NCBI GenBank assembly: GCA_024137785.1
Contig: JAHRHZ010000024.1
Span: 12,979,895-13,043,894 of the forward strand
Source of the DNA: Ginglymostoma cirratum
Taxonomy: Eukaryota
Length of the DNA stretch: 64,000 nucleotides
Reading direction: 5' to 3'
The translations under genes and the position numbers were made by a program. Positions 1 through 11,765 of the stretch are shown here, one piece after another (within the stretch, counting starts at the first letter, position 1; each line of letters begins with the position of its first letter). Under the pieces are notes generated by a model. The model saw only the letters and a program-made list of their open reading frames with translations. It was not told the origin of the DNA and did not search any database.

Positions 1-544
1 CGACCACTCTGTAATTTGATTAAACATTAATTTCAACCTTGCACCACTTAAAGTAATCAAGACAAGAACTTTGGTGAATGTTTATATCATGACACAGATA
101 CAAGTCCCACTGCAAATGTACATTTCCTAACATGTAAGAGGAAGTTGCTGTCAACAACTTGCTTGTGTAAGCGTGGGGTAGATTCGAAGAAGATCACAGA
201 GAGTTGGAGAAACATGTTCAGTGTGGGCATTTGGTTTAAATTAGTACAATGTACAGAGATAATCACAGGAAACATTCCAGTCCTATACTGCTAAACTCTC
301 AAGTGCTTTTTGAGCAAATTAATGACAATTGACAATAAGGCAACAGTTGAATTGGAAGAGGATCAGAGGATGCAAATCATTCTGACCACACTTACATCAA
401 GTTACTTCTCACAATTTCCTAAATTCATTCTTTCTTATCCCTTGCTATCTTTTACATTATTAGCCTTCATCCTTCACACACATTGCTCATGGTAAGTGAA
501 AATAAGTTCTTCATAGAAGAACATGGTTGTTCTTTTCTGATTTA

Positions 545-640
545 AACTCTCAAGCCTGAAACTTCAACTCTATTTCTCTCCCAAACATTGTCGTCTGACC
601 TACTGAGTACTTTCAAAACCTTCTGTTTCATTTGTCACAG
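545..640 (+). mobile_element. Old Penelope-like pLTR remnant (second lineage)
   Basis: cctgaaacttcaactctatttctctc...ctgacctactgagtactttc resembles the copies at 8277, 14778 and 21757; heavily diverged. Confidence 0.4.
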
Positions 641-1289
641 ATGTTGGTGTTGTCAAACAGGGAAATATTTTCTCCTAACAGACTGAACTAAGTAATTCAC
701 AGTTATTTACCATTATGTTAACAGTTGTGAATTAGAAAGCTATTTGTTAACAATATGTTAAGTTAGCACAAGTAAAATTGATAAAGAATATATACATTCA
801 TCGGGTTATCAGTGGACTGAAAGATAAAGTGATAACAGACTGGGTTACAGTATTTTGTCCTCATTTTACAGGTTATATTCTGAAAAGTTCACTGTCTAGC
901 ACAAAAAGCTAATTCAGAAGCATGGATTAGCTGTTGTGTTGGATTAGGAATTGAATGACTAGTGTTCTTTCTGCTTCAAGAGAACAGACAAAGTCGCAGT
1001 CAAAGTTTATTGCATTCAAGGCTTCAATGAGAACTATTCATTCCAAACCTCTCAAGCAAATGCAATGACAAAGATGATGATGATTATATGATTCTATCAT
1101 TCTGACAATGAAGGGCAAACTTTAGATCATGTTCAGTTTTAGGAGGAAAAATAACTTAAGAAAGTAATTAATAGCTCCGATATAGGCATTCTCCATACTC
1201 ATAACCTTCACATGCAAGAACACTTTCCACAACATGTATTTAAATATTTCGAGCTTAGAATTAAGTTTTTATTCTATCGGCCTCCGGTG

Positions 1290-1403
1290 GGATAAGGACA
1301 AAAATGGGTTTGCAGAGTCTGATCACAAACCAGAAATGATTTCATAGAAGGGCAGTGGAATAGGCTTGAAAGGCAAAGAGACCTTCTCCTGTTTCAATGT
1401 TCC
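1290..1403 (+). mobile_element. CR1 LINE 3' tail fragment
   Basis: aggcttgaaaggcaaagagaccttctcctgtttcaatgttcc matches the CR1 3' end pattern (GGCYGAA..CCTxCTCCTG). Confidence 0.45.
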
Positions 1404-1530
1404 ATTTTGCAAGCTTTTTGAGCCAACCAGGTGGACCACTAGTACGCAACTACTTTTGTAACTCCAAATCTGAAAGCCTGGATCTCGCACACCCACTGGA
1501 ATTCACAAAAGGAAGCTTTCCCAGATATCA

Positions 1531-1590
1531 GCCTGCTCCTATGATGCTGCTTGGCCTGCTGTGTTCATCCAGCTCCACACCTTGTTATCT
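1531..1590 (+). mobile_element. Young Penelope-like pLTR micro-insertion (60 bp) with 15-bp TSD
   Basis: cctgctcctatgatgctgcttggcctgctgtgttcatccagctccacaccttgttatct flanked by ctttcccagatatca at 1516-1530 and 1591-1605. Confidence 0.9.
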
Positions 1591-1637
1591 CTTTCCCAGA
1601 TATCATGCTGGCTCAGATTGACACCATGGGACCCAGC

Positions 1638-1985
1638 AGGGATGGAGTGGTTATGTCACTGGACTGGTAATCTAGAATTCCGAGCAAATGATCTGCAGTC
1701 ATGGGTTCAAATCCCACCATGGCAGATGGTGAAATGGGAATCCAATAAAATCTGGAATTAACAAAATAATGGCCAATTAACCATTTGTCAATTGCTGCAA
1801 AATCTCACCTAGTTCAATAATTGGCCAATCTTAGCAGATCTGGCCTACAAGACCTAAGGCCCACAGATATGTGGTTGACTCTTACCTGCCCTCTAAAGTG
1901 GCCTAAAATGCTATGTGGTTCAAGGGGTGTGCAACAAATGTTGGCTTTGTTAGCAAACCCCACATCCTTTTAAGAATGGCAAAAA
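1638..1985 (+). mobile_element. tRNA-derived SINE with LINE-type 3' tail
   Basis: A-box-like gagtggttatgtcactgg, B box ggttcaaatccc; body (gtggttgactctta.ctgccc) also seen at 22385-22710 and 52548-52685. Confidence 0.75.
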
Positions 1986-2727
1986 CTGATCCAAATTCAA
2001 CAGCTGAATGTTATAATAAACTTAAAATATTTAATTACACCAAATGTCATTGCAGTGGTGTATTAGGTGTCACCCAATAAATCCCTTGAACTGAATAATC
2101 AAAACAGTCCAAATAGACAAAAACTGTGAAATACTATTGTTTAATTAGTGTCAAACCACAGTGAACAAACTAATGTTGAATGAAGCCGCCAACTTTTTTT
2201 ACCTTGATAAAATAGTTAACTCAAGCACCTGGTTCTGACTTCAGAACACAAGCCCCCATAATGTTATCTATGGATGGGATTTTCCAATTTTCTTCTGAAA
2301 GTGGGGCTATGGGAGTAACCATTGGGTGTGGGATTTCCCCAACACCAGAAACAGGAAAACCGAAATGATGCGGCACCTAACAGACTCCTGAGTGGTCAGC
2401 ATGTAGGCTTCTTGGTGCATCACTTCCTGGCACAGTGATGTTCTGCCAATTCTGGCCAATCAGTGGCCAGCAGCTGCTGTGAGCAGCAATGTCGCCTCAG
2501 AAATGAAGGCCAGCTGGGGGAACTGGCAAGGCAGGTTACTTTACATATTTGGGCAGGGGTTGATCATAGGGAAAGGGCAATTGGGAAGGGTTAGAGATGG
2601 GGAGGAGAATGGCTTCCATCTTTGCCCACCATCCTCCTCAGTCACTCCCAGATTGTGGCCAACCAAGCAACCCTGATCCCACCACCCTGAACAAGCTTGA
2701 AACAAAGTTAATCACAGCAGTGACATG

Positions 2728-2741
2728 GAGAGAGACAGAGT

Positions 2742-2773
<32 letters not shown>
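2728..2773. repeat. (GA)n microsatellite, imperfect
   Basis: Direct reading. Confidence 0.95.
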
Positions 2774-3002
2774 TAGCGGGAACTGCCGATGCTGGAGAAT
2801 CTGAGATAACAAGGTATAGAGCTGGATGAACACAGCAGGCCGAGCAGCACCAGAGGAGCAGGAAAGCTGATGTTTCGGGTCTGGATCCTTCTTCAGAAAT
2901 TTGTTTTTTCTGAGGGAGGGTCCAGACCTGAAGCGTCAGCTTTCCTGCTCCTCTGATGTTGCTTGGCCTTCTATGTTCATCCAGCTCTACACCTTGTTAT
3001 CT
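2770..3002 (-). mobile_element. Young Penelope-like inverted pLTR pair (palindrome) with 34-nt tail
   Basis: Arms ~2804-2900 and ~2905-3002 are reverse complements; tail only on the left arm (2770-2803); possible TSD gacatggaga at 2722-2731 and 3007-3016. Confidence 0.9.
2866..2900 (-). ncRNA. Minimal type I hammerhead ribozyme core (PLE-type), partly decayed
   Basis: Minus strand reads atttCTGAAGAaggatccagacccGAAAcATCagc. Confidence 0.6.
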
Positions 3003-3213
3003 TAGAGACATGGAGACCCTGAAGTGGTCATTAATTAACTGCATTAAGTTCTAAATTGGAGACAGGCTGAGCTGAAACTCAGGCCTTTCTGCTGAAAAAA
3101 TTAATTCCTGTGATGGTGGTAAAGAGGCAGATATCTCCCTGATCCCAATCTGACCAATCATCTTCCCATCCCTTCACCTCCTCTGCTGTTGCTAGGGACG
3201 GGAATACTCTGTC

Positions 3214-3302
3214 CTCTGTTCCTTCTCTCAGATGTGCCTGATCTGAACATTTGCAGCATTTTCTCCTTTTAATTCTGATTCGAGCACCTACAGTGTTTTG
3301 CC
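3214..3302 (+). mobile_element. Old Penelope-like pLTR remnant with tail
   Basis: tctctcagatgtgcctgatctgaacatttgcagcatttt...gattcgagcacctacagtgttttg resembles the right arm of 21757-21943. Confidence 0.45.
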
Positions 3303-4824
3303 CCTATCTCAGATGCCCTGGTGGATTTCTTATTGCCTGTCACATGACGGCTAACTAAAGGGGATAGCCATCAGATCCACAGGCACACATTAAGGTCATT
3401 ATTTCCAATTGAAGGTCAAGGTTAAATACCAACTTTCTTCATAGCAGAGTTTAGCAGAACAGACGTGTATATTTGAATGTGCTCAGAGATGTGCAATACA
3501 TTTGAACATCAACATTATGTTCAAATAAAAGTCTTGATTCACCAGCTACTCCCCACTTTCATAATATACTATTGAAACAAAGATAGCTGCTACTACAATA
3601 TAGATCTAGGTAACTAAGACAAATGGAATTGCCATCCACATAGAACCTCTCTTTCCCATCACAGCAGTCAATTCATCCTTAAGTGATTTTTTTGACTTCA
3701 TTGCCCCATTGGGTAGTCTGTATTGTTCGCTCTCTCTGATGTAGATCCAGGCATCAGCCTACAATTTGTCTTTTTTTCTAGTTTCAGCCTGTGCCTGCTT
3801 GTTCTAATGCCATGATATAATTCAAAGCTGTGTTTGGTGTTTATTCTTTCTGTTTTACTTATTATTGCCAAAGCTCTGTAACACCACAGGAATGATCAAA
3901 GATAAACTGTAAGCGAGGAGGCAGTAGGACTGAAATGAAAAGGGGACAGAACTTGACAGATGGAAAGAAATTGGGACCTGCAGAGACAAGCTTTACTCAC
4001 TGGCACAAGACCATCTTGTGTCTGTTCACATTCCCGACTTCAACACATCAACCTCATCTCATTACTCAACTTTGTGTTTGGCTAAATACCTTGCACACTA
4101 GGGGGCTATGAGCACTTATGTGAAACAGTACTGCAGGACTCTAACGAAGGATACAAGCCTTAGATGGCTATTCATCCATTGGTCTGGGAATGAACCCTTA
4201 CTATTCTTCACAATGTTAAACCTTTGCAAAGTCAAAGAAAAACACCAATTTGCTTCTGGTACTAAATTACCTTTTCTCTTAATTGATCTGGCCATAATTT
4301 TTATAATCCTCAAGTGCATGATGCCAATGTCTATGAAGCAAAAATCATTTCCACAAACATTGATAATTGGTTAATTTATATAATTAAGGCAATTTCAATG
4401 TGTTCTATTCTCTAATCAAGGTTCTGAACGATGATATCCCTGAACTGTAGAAACGTGTTTGCCAACAAATTGAGTCATTCCCCTCAGCTGCTTTTTCACT
4501 CTACAATTAAAACTCAATTCCACCCATTTTACTCAGTCATCTCAGAAAATTTGCAAAGGTTCTCTATTAAGGAGAGAAGCAACTGAATTGAGATAGCTGT
4601 AACATAATTTTTAAAAAAACTAGCAGGAATGGGATTTTATTTTTTATTTCAATTAAGTTAATGTTCAGGAGGAATTCAACCATTCCTTCACCCAGGACTG
4701 CCAGCAGAATGCACAGTGTTCTGAGACCTGACTTCGCTAAGTTGGCAGGGCTATATATTTAACTTTTAAGCCAAGTACCATGAGACCTGAAGTCCACTTG
4801 CTGATATTTCCAAAAGGGGTCTCA

Positions 4825-5640
4825 CATAGAAGCAAGGAAGAGAAATCCATCAAGCCAAAGGAGCAGATATATAGAGTGGTGGCCAGAAGTTTGCTTCAAG
4901 AGACAGCTCTTAAGTGAAATCCACAAAGTAGGAGTGAGATATAGAGAGGTCGGCAGAAGAAATTCCACAGGAGGAAGTGGCTTAAGGCACAGGCACCAAC
5001 TGAGGGCAAAGGGAACTCGCAAGAGGAATGGTAAAATATACATGGAGAGAGAGGAGAGGAAGGTTGGACCAATCAAGAAGGTAAAAGAGGTAGGGAGAAG
5101 ATGCCCAGGGAAAAGTAAATAAATACAAGATTATAAAGAGAAGCTGGATAGACTGGGACTTTTTTTTTTCAGTGGAGCTTAGGAGGTTGAAAGGTGACCT
5201 TACATAGGTTTAAAAAATCCCGAGAGACAGAGATAAGGTGACTGTCAGGTGTCTTTTCTCCCTTGGGTGGGGGATTTCAAGACTAGGAGGCATATTTTTA
5301 GGTGACAGGAAAAAGATTTTAAAAAGACTTGAGGGGCCTTTTTTTTTACACAGAGAGTGTTTCACGTGTGGAATGAACTCCTACAGGAAATGGTGGATGT
5401 GGGTACAATTACACTGTTTAAAAGATATTTAGATAAGTATATGAATAAGAAGTATTTGGAGGGATATGGGCCAAAAGCAGGGATTGTGGTCTGCCTGGAC
5501 TGGTTGGACTAAAGGGTCTGTTTCCATGCTGTATGACCCCATTAAAAATTTTAAAGCTTTTCAGGCCTGGGACCTATGTACATCATGAAAAGCTGGAGTG
5601 TTGATCAAGAGGACGTACAGGTATGGGATACAGGAAGAGG
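4825..5640 (-). mobile_element. L2-type LINE 3' region, interrupted by a HER1/CR1 insertion
   Basis: Similar to the L2 pieces at 46790 and 60685 (agccaaaggag...ggtggccagaagtttg...gaaattccaca); resumes at attaaaaattttaaag after 5541. Confidence 0.5.
5125..5541 (+). mobile_element. HER1/CR1 LINE 3' end
   Basis: Encodes decayed Y.E.LDRLGLF...RRL.GDL C-terminus; ends gggtctgtttccatgctgtatgac; near reverse complement of 10709-11129. Confidence 0.9.
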
Positions 5641-6132
5641 TTGTTAACTTTGGTTTCTTGATTTTTAAGGCTCTCCACAGATTGACAGCCTCATCTGCCT
5701 GGCTCCTTTAGCTCTAAGGTAAAAATTATGACAGCTGCATGCATGAGAGGTTATTGAAACAGGAGATCGGATGTTGCTGCACAGATCACTTTTGCCCACA
5801 GAAACTGAGCAACAAAGCCAAGTACTATTGAAAAAGACTCTGATGATATCTAAAATCCAAGTAACAACAGTTGTAAACTCCCTCCTTACCAGAGGTCTCT
5901 ATTGTCCTGGCAAGAGCAATTTCTTCAGCCTGAGAATGACAAGCAAATATGCAAATTCTATGGCAGACTAAAAATATTTCAGCAATGAGTAAATCATGTT
6001 CAAATCAGCACAAATTATAATCAAAACACTGACTCCAACACGCATGTTCCATGTCACAAGTATCCTGAAATAAAAACACGATTCAATCTAGTCTACTGTA
6101 TTAGCAGCTTGAATGCTCACTAGTTGACATTC

Positions 6133-6430
6133 AATCCATTCTAGACTACTATATTCACTGCTCACAATGTGGTTTCCTCTACACTAGGGGGATGGAACAC
6201 AGACTAAGCGACTACTTTATGAAGATTCTCGACTTTATCTGTAAGACTGACTCCGAGCTTCCATTTGTCTGCCATTTCAACACGCCACCATGTTGCCATG
6301 CCAACATTCCTGTCCCAGGCCTGCTGCAGTGCCCCAGCAAAGCTCAACACAAACAGCAGGAACAACACTCATCTTCCACCGATGTACCTTACAGCCATCA
6401 GGACACAGCATTGAGTTTAACAACTTAGAA
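6133..6430 (+). pseudogene. Penelope-like GIY-YIG endonuclease C-terminus, frameshifted
   Basis: Translates YYIHCSQCGFLYT...HRLSDYF...ELPFVCHFNTPPC...GLLQC...EQH / LIFH..TLQPSGHSIEFNN, the PLE endonuclease pattern (CxxC..YIG...R...H..HF...E...I....tl.P.GLN). Confidence 0.85.
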
Positions 6431-8097
6431 TGTGATCACTTTCCTCCATGTTCATTACCCATCCCCAGGTCCTGATCAGTATGGATTCCTCCCAGCACAA
6501 CCAACCCATTTTCAACTACTTATACTTCCGTTAGCACTCAGTATTCACTTCTTCCCTGGCTTATTATCAGCAAGCCCGTACTTGTCCCCCTTTCTTTTTT
6601 GTCTCCATCTATTCATCTCACTCCTTCACCTCCAGACAGAATAAAGCTCCAACAGACTTTTGACTTATAATAGTGCTCACATCATTCCACTCTCATTCAT
6701 TTGTGAACTCACTTTTACACTGGTGTTTCCTCAGTTAAGTCCACGAGCCTCTGCACCAATCCCCTCAGGAATAAATATAATTATGTATTTTCTCTGCAAA
6801 GGATATATTAAAATTTCTCCTCAGTCAGCATCCAAGCTGCTGTCATGTCAAAAATCCCAAAGTCCCAAAATCCTTTTGCAGTCCTGGCACTGGTTAAAGC
6901 TACACAATGGAAGAAGAATCATTCCAAGTCCAGGAAAGAAATCCTGCTTTCTCTTCTTCTGAGTTCTGCTTATTTTTCGTGAAAAGGCCCAGTGGGAGTT
7001 GTAGTTCACAATGTTCATCAGAGTTTCCCAATGGGAAGACCAATGTGGTGGGCTATATCTCCCAAAGCACAGGATAAGGCAGCTCATGGGCTGGATGGAA
7101 ACGTCCTGCAGGCCTTTTCCTAAGAACGTTGTAAATCTACTATCACCAGAACACGCAATTTGCTTTTGCAATTCACATGTGGTACATTGCCTCATAGCTT
7201 TGTAAATGATACACAATAAATGACAGAGAAATATGCAAAGTGGAGTGAGATATAGAAAACAGACAGTTAAAAAATTGGTAAATATAATAACCGTGCTATG
7301 AAAACGGGACTTTATAGAACAGTTTTAAATAACAGTTTTGTTTTAAACTGTCTTCTTTAATCAAGGTAAAATGGAATAGTTTGGAGAGATGGTTGTGACT
7401 TCCTACAGAAGCTGTCCAGAGAGAAGCCCATGTCAACTCATAATAAATCTTTTTGGAGACAATCCCATATAATTTGATTGCCATGTGCACAGGGCCCAAT
7501 CCAAAACCAATTGAAAATTAAGCTCAAGTTTTAACATCTCAACACAAAGGAGGAGAAAGTTGTTATTACCACTTTCAGACAGTACAACAAAGACAGTCAG
7601 AGGGAGAGGTTTGATGAAAGAGACCTATTACTATGTGAGGCAGAGGAAAATGACTAGATTAGCCAGCAAGCAGTGTACTGATGGGGATGGATTGTCTGTT
7701 TCAAGAATGACGCTTGAGGAAAGTTAAAGACCACTGTGCCTTCTGGGAGTTGACCTGAGAATGCTCAGAAGGTTGAGATAAGGGAATTTTATTTTTTACA
7801 AGGACTAGAAGATTCACCCCAGTAATGCAAGGACATAGAAACCTGTTAAAGTTTGGAGGATCTAGGGACTTTAAACACAAAACTACACTGTACTTTCAGC
7901 AGAAGTGCAATGCTTTCATGTGGTGTGTGGTTTTCAGTTGTGTTGATTAGTTATTGGACAATACCATTACGATAGTTTAGCACATCAGTTGCCAATTGAG
8001 TACTATTTAGTCCATGTTGATTTTTATTGCAATAAGCAAACTAAAATCAACATTGTCTAAACAATATTCACTCCGGAAATTATTGTCCAAACTGTAT

Positions 8098-8205
8098 GGG
8101 CTCATGTGGTGCATTGGTAATGTCACTGCCTCTGGGTCAGAGGTCTGGGTATAAGTCCCACCTGTCCCAGGGATGTGTAATAATATGTTCTAATAAGTTG
8201 ATTCA
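8098..8205 (+). mobile_element. Short tRNA-derived SINE remnant
   Basis: gtggtgcattggtaatgtcactgcctctgggtcagaggtctgggtataagtccca with A/B-box-like motifs; related pieces near 30610 and 40710. Confidence 0.5.
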
Positions 8206-8276
8206 AAACACAGTTATTCTAATCTGCAGGAAAGATCTCCTATTTAGCTTTTGACCCATCAGAAAATACCTTTTAT

Positions 8277-8340
8277 ACGTTAACTCTGTTTTTTCCTTCA
8301 CAGATGCTGCCAGACCTGCTGAGCTTTTTGTTTTTGTTTC
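8277..8340 (+). mobile_element. Old Penelope-like pLTR fragment starting at the hammerhead cleavage region
   Basis: acgttaactctgttttttccttcacagatgctgccagacctgctgagc. Confidence 0.65.
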
Positions 8341-8463
8341 CATGGTTATGCTTGGTCCATGGTCTTGTAAATGAACCCTTCATTCTCTAGGAACTAAATG
8401 AAGATTTTCTGAGTTCTTTATGGCCTGCTTCCTTTTCCTTCTAATTGCATTTCCCTTTCTTCC

Positions 8464-8560
8464 TTCATGGGATGTGGGTTTTGCTGGTGAAGCTAACACA
8501 TACTGCCCATTCTTAAGTGTCCAGAAATAGGGCGGTTCAGAGTCAACCACATTGCGATAG
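8464..8560 (-). mobile_element. 3' part of the SINE family seen at 1638
   Basis: ttcatgggatgtggg...gagtcaaccacattg is the reverse complement of the tail and body of 1638-1985. Confidence 0.55.
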
Positions 8561-8738
8561 TCAGTTGGGGATTAAAAGTTAACTGCATGGCAATGCAGCC
8601 TGCCTGGCCTGAATATCCTTCCCTCTCGCTAAAGCTAGGCAGTGTGTCCAACCTCCGTTAAATCCTCACGAGTTTGGATTTCTTTATTTTGAGTGCAAGT
8701 TCTCACCCATCCTCCTCTTTGTGAACAATAGAAACAGG

Positions 8739-8743
<5 letters not shown>

Positions 8744-8775
<32 letters not shown>
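8744..8775. repeat. (TC)16 microsatellite
   Basis: Direct reading. Confidence 0.97.
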
Positions 8776-8777
<2 letters not shown>

Positions 8778-10708
8778 GGATGGACTCACCTGTAAAGTTC
8801 AGAAAAATCTTAAGAAAGCCCTGAAGAATGATAGCACAATGCTTTCTACAGTTTGTGTCCTCTCAAAATTCACCTCCATGGCTATGTATCCAAGTATAAA
8901 TGCTAACTATTATTTAAACCCCCAAATACATTCTAATTTGGAATTAAACAGACAGTATAAAATCTCACCATTTACAAGACTTGACATTGTTAGCACTTCC
9001 CTGTGAATCAGAGAGTAAGTGTCTATCCCCCAACAGCACAGCTGCCCTGGTCATTATTTACACTTACAAATTCCTTTCACCTTCATTCCAAATAGATGAC
9101 CTGCATTCCACCTTAATGACCAAATGTGTTATTAGGAAGAATTCAGAGCGGGTCATTCGAGCCTCCTTCATTCCTCCATTTGCCCAAAGTTAAAGACAGC
9201 CTCAAAATACAACAACCTTATAACTTAATGTTTGCATGTTTGTCTCTATCTAGTTCCAGAGAGCTAACAGCATTTACAATAAGCGAGCATTTACAATACT
9301 CCTTAATACTATAACCCATTTATCAGTTGTGTTTTAAAAGCTGAGCAGAATGCAGTAAGCTAGTTGAGCCAGACATGAGAACAACTCATTTATATTTTTG
9401 ATGAATTCCCACAAAAAAATTTGCATTTTCCCAGTTATGGAGACATCTTCCAGTATATATTACCCTATCTACACTATTTTTATAGCCTTCTGTTACAGTT
9501 TTTTTTCCTATTAGATGTGCTAATAGGCACTTTATTAGGTGATAAAGAATACATCAAGATTGCTGATGTACAGTGAAGTACATTTTGCCAAAAGCCCCCA
9601 TTTGCTTGAACTCCCCTGGCTCCAGAGTTACATTAGTGTGGAAAGTGCACTTTGTGTAATTTTTTTTAAGGAGAATTGTCAAGAAGTTTCAGCTCAACAC
9701 CATCAGCAATGCAGTGATGCAATCATATCTGCCACTCTTCATTTTCATCTTTGGTGGAAAATAAATTGCCTTCAAAGAAACAAAAGTTTGAACTACAAAT
9801 GGAGAGTTTTCTTCAGAACAAAATTGACAGTACTCCAAACACAGTAGCAAGGTCAACGAAGCAGACTGTCTATGGGTCTTCCATGAATTGAGCATGTCTG
9901 GCATTCCCTCAGCAATATCATTGCAGGGGCAACACCAGCTTGCAACGCTTCACTCATACAAAACAAAACGCTTTGACAGTTAGCAGAAAATCACTAGCTC
10001 CTCTTTCACAAAGCATTTTCTGCAAGATCATTTAAAGTAAATAATTTGCTGTTTTACAGTTTTGAGACTCAGCTATCTGTAACATAAAAGGATGGATGAA
10101 ACCCACAAATCAAAGGGTGAAGTAAAACTAACAAATGTCATTACGGCCCTTCAATATCTCGCTTACTTGCCACATTAACCTTTTAAAAACATCCTGTAAC
10201 ATGAACCCAGCATCTCCTTTGTCATTTGCCTTCTAATGGAAGTTTGATTAGGCCACTAAAGCTCAAGTGGTGTTCTTTTACTGCAATGCTGTAAACTCTC
10301 TGATCCCCAAGGTAATCTATCTCATGTAGGAGTGTTTCAAAATGCCTGAGCTTTTACCGTGGCTTCCTTTTCAATTCTTCACAATAAAAAGAGGCAAAAC
10401 CACACATGTGGTATATTTCCGTAATACGCTGCCCATCTACTAATCACTGCCCATCTACTAATCATACTTTTTCGTTGGCATAGGCAGTGCAGTGAATAGT
10501 CCACTGCATTAAGGCCATCAAAGCACTGCACCAGAATGGCAACGGCCTTGAGTGAAGAACTAATCATTCTCAAATTTATTTCTTCTTTCTCATAAGACAA
10601 ATCTGAAGTAGTAAATATCAAATCAAAATGGAACAGCTTTTTTCTCAATGGCCCATTTTGAAAATGCCCTTCCGTTAAAATACAAATTGAGACTGTAATT
10701 GAATATTA

Positions 10709-11129
10709 TAGAGTCACAGATTCATGCGGCATGGAAACAGACCCTTTGGTCCAACCAGTCCTTGCCGAACTAAACTAGTCCCACCTGCCTGCTCCTGGCC
10801 CATATCCCTCCAAACCTTTCCTGTTCATGTATCCATCCAAATGTCTTTTAAACATTGTAATTGTACCCACATCCACCACTTCCTCAGGAAGTCAATTGCA
10901 CATGCAAACCACCCTCTGTGTAAAAAATTTGCCTTTATGTCTTTTTTAAATCTCACTCCTCTCACCTTAAAAATGTACCCACCAGTCTTGAAATTCCCCA
11001 CTTTAGGGAAAAGACAACTATCATCAATTCTATCTATACCTCTCCTTATTTTATAAACTTCTATCTGGTCACCTCTCAAACTCCTACACGCCAGTAAAAA
11101 AATTCCCAGCCTATCCAGCCTTTCTTTAT
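10709..11129 (-). mobile_element. HER1/CR1 LINE 3' end
   Basis: ORF 10825-11079: RGDQIEVYKIRRGIDRID...LFPKVG..KTGG..FKVRG, CR1 ORF2 C-terminus; HE1/HER1-type tail. Confidence 0.9.
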
Positions 11130-11660
11130 TTTACAGACATAACATCCTTCAATATCAGAAATTAAACGTGATGTTTATGTTGTCTAAAAATAGAGAACCA
11201 GAACTTGCGAGCCATGAGTACAAAAGGGGATCAACAGAGTTTTCAGTGGGATGTCCCAGACCAGAAATAGATTGTTAAGCCCCTCAAACTTTGTTTCAAC
11301 ATTCTATTAGCTCATCACTGATCCATACTTCATTTCCCTTGTACTCACCTTTGAACAACACCCCTTGATATCCCTGTCATATTGGAGTCTGGGTATTTGA
11401 GGTAGTGCTGCTACTAATCCTTCTTTCTACTCTTTTAATCCAATCGCCCTTTCTTTGCTGAACCTAAAGCCTGCTTAATTATAAGTGGTAGAGTGTAGAG
11501 CACTATACTGAATCTTTACTAAGATTCTTCAGAAACAAGAGCTAGTTTATTACATTGCAGAAGAAGCAAATTACAATGATAAGTTATGAAAAATTATTTC
11601 AGATTGTGAGCAGTCAGGAATATCACTTCTGATCTGATCAGGTTCTCAAGCATAATCTTC

Positions 11661-11765
11661 AGATTAAGAACAAAAACAGAAGTTGCTGGAAAAGCTCAGC
11701 AGGTCTGGCAGCATCTGTGAAGAAACTTTAAAGTCAACTCTTTCGATTCCATTACCATTCCTAAT
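11661..11765 (-). mobile_element. Old Penelope-like pLTR fragment
   Basis: aacaaaaacagaagttgctggaaaagctcagcaggtctggcagcatctgtgaag is the reverse complement of the 8277 type. Confidence 0.65.

Larger units (their letters stand above)
2271..3213. mobile_element. Degraded element with loose terminal inverted repeats (MITE-like), interrupted by microsatellite and PLE
   Basis: ggatgggattttcca at left versus gggaatactctgtcc at right are loose reverse complements; GC-richer than flanks. Confidence 0.3.

Noticed and set aside
7260-8090. Possible old LTR-like segment
   Set aside because: No clear termini, TSD or second copy in the window
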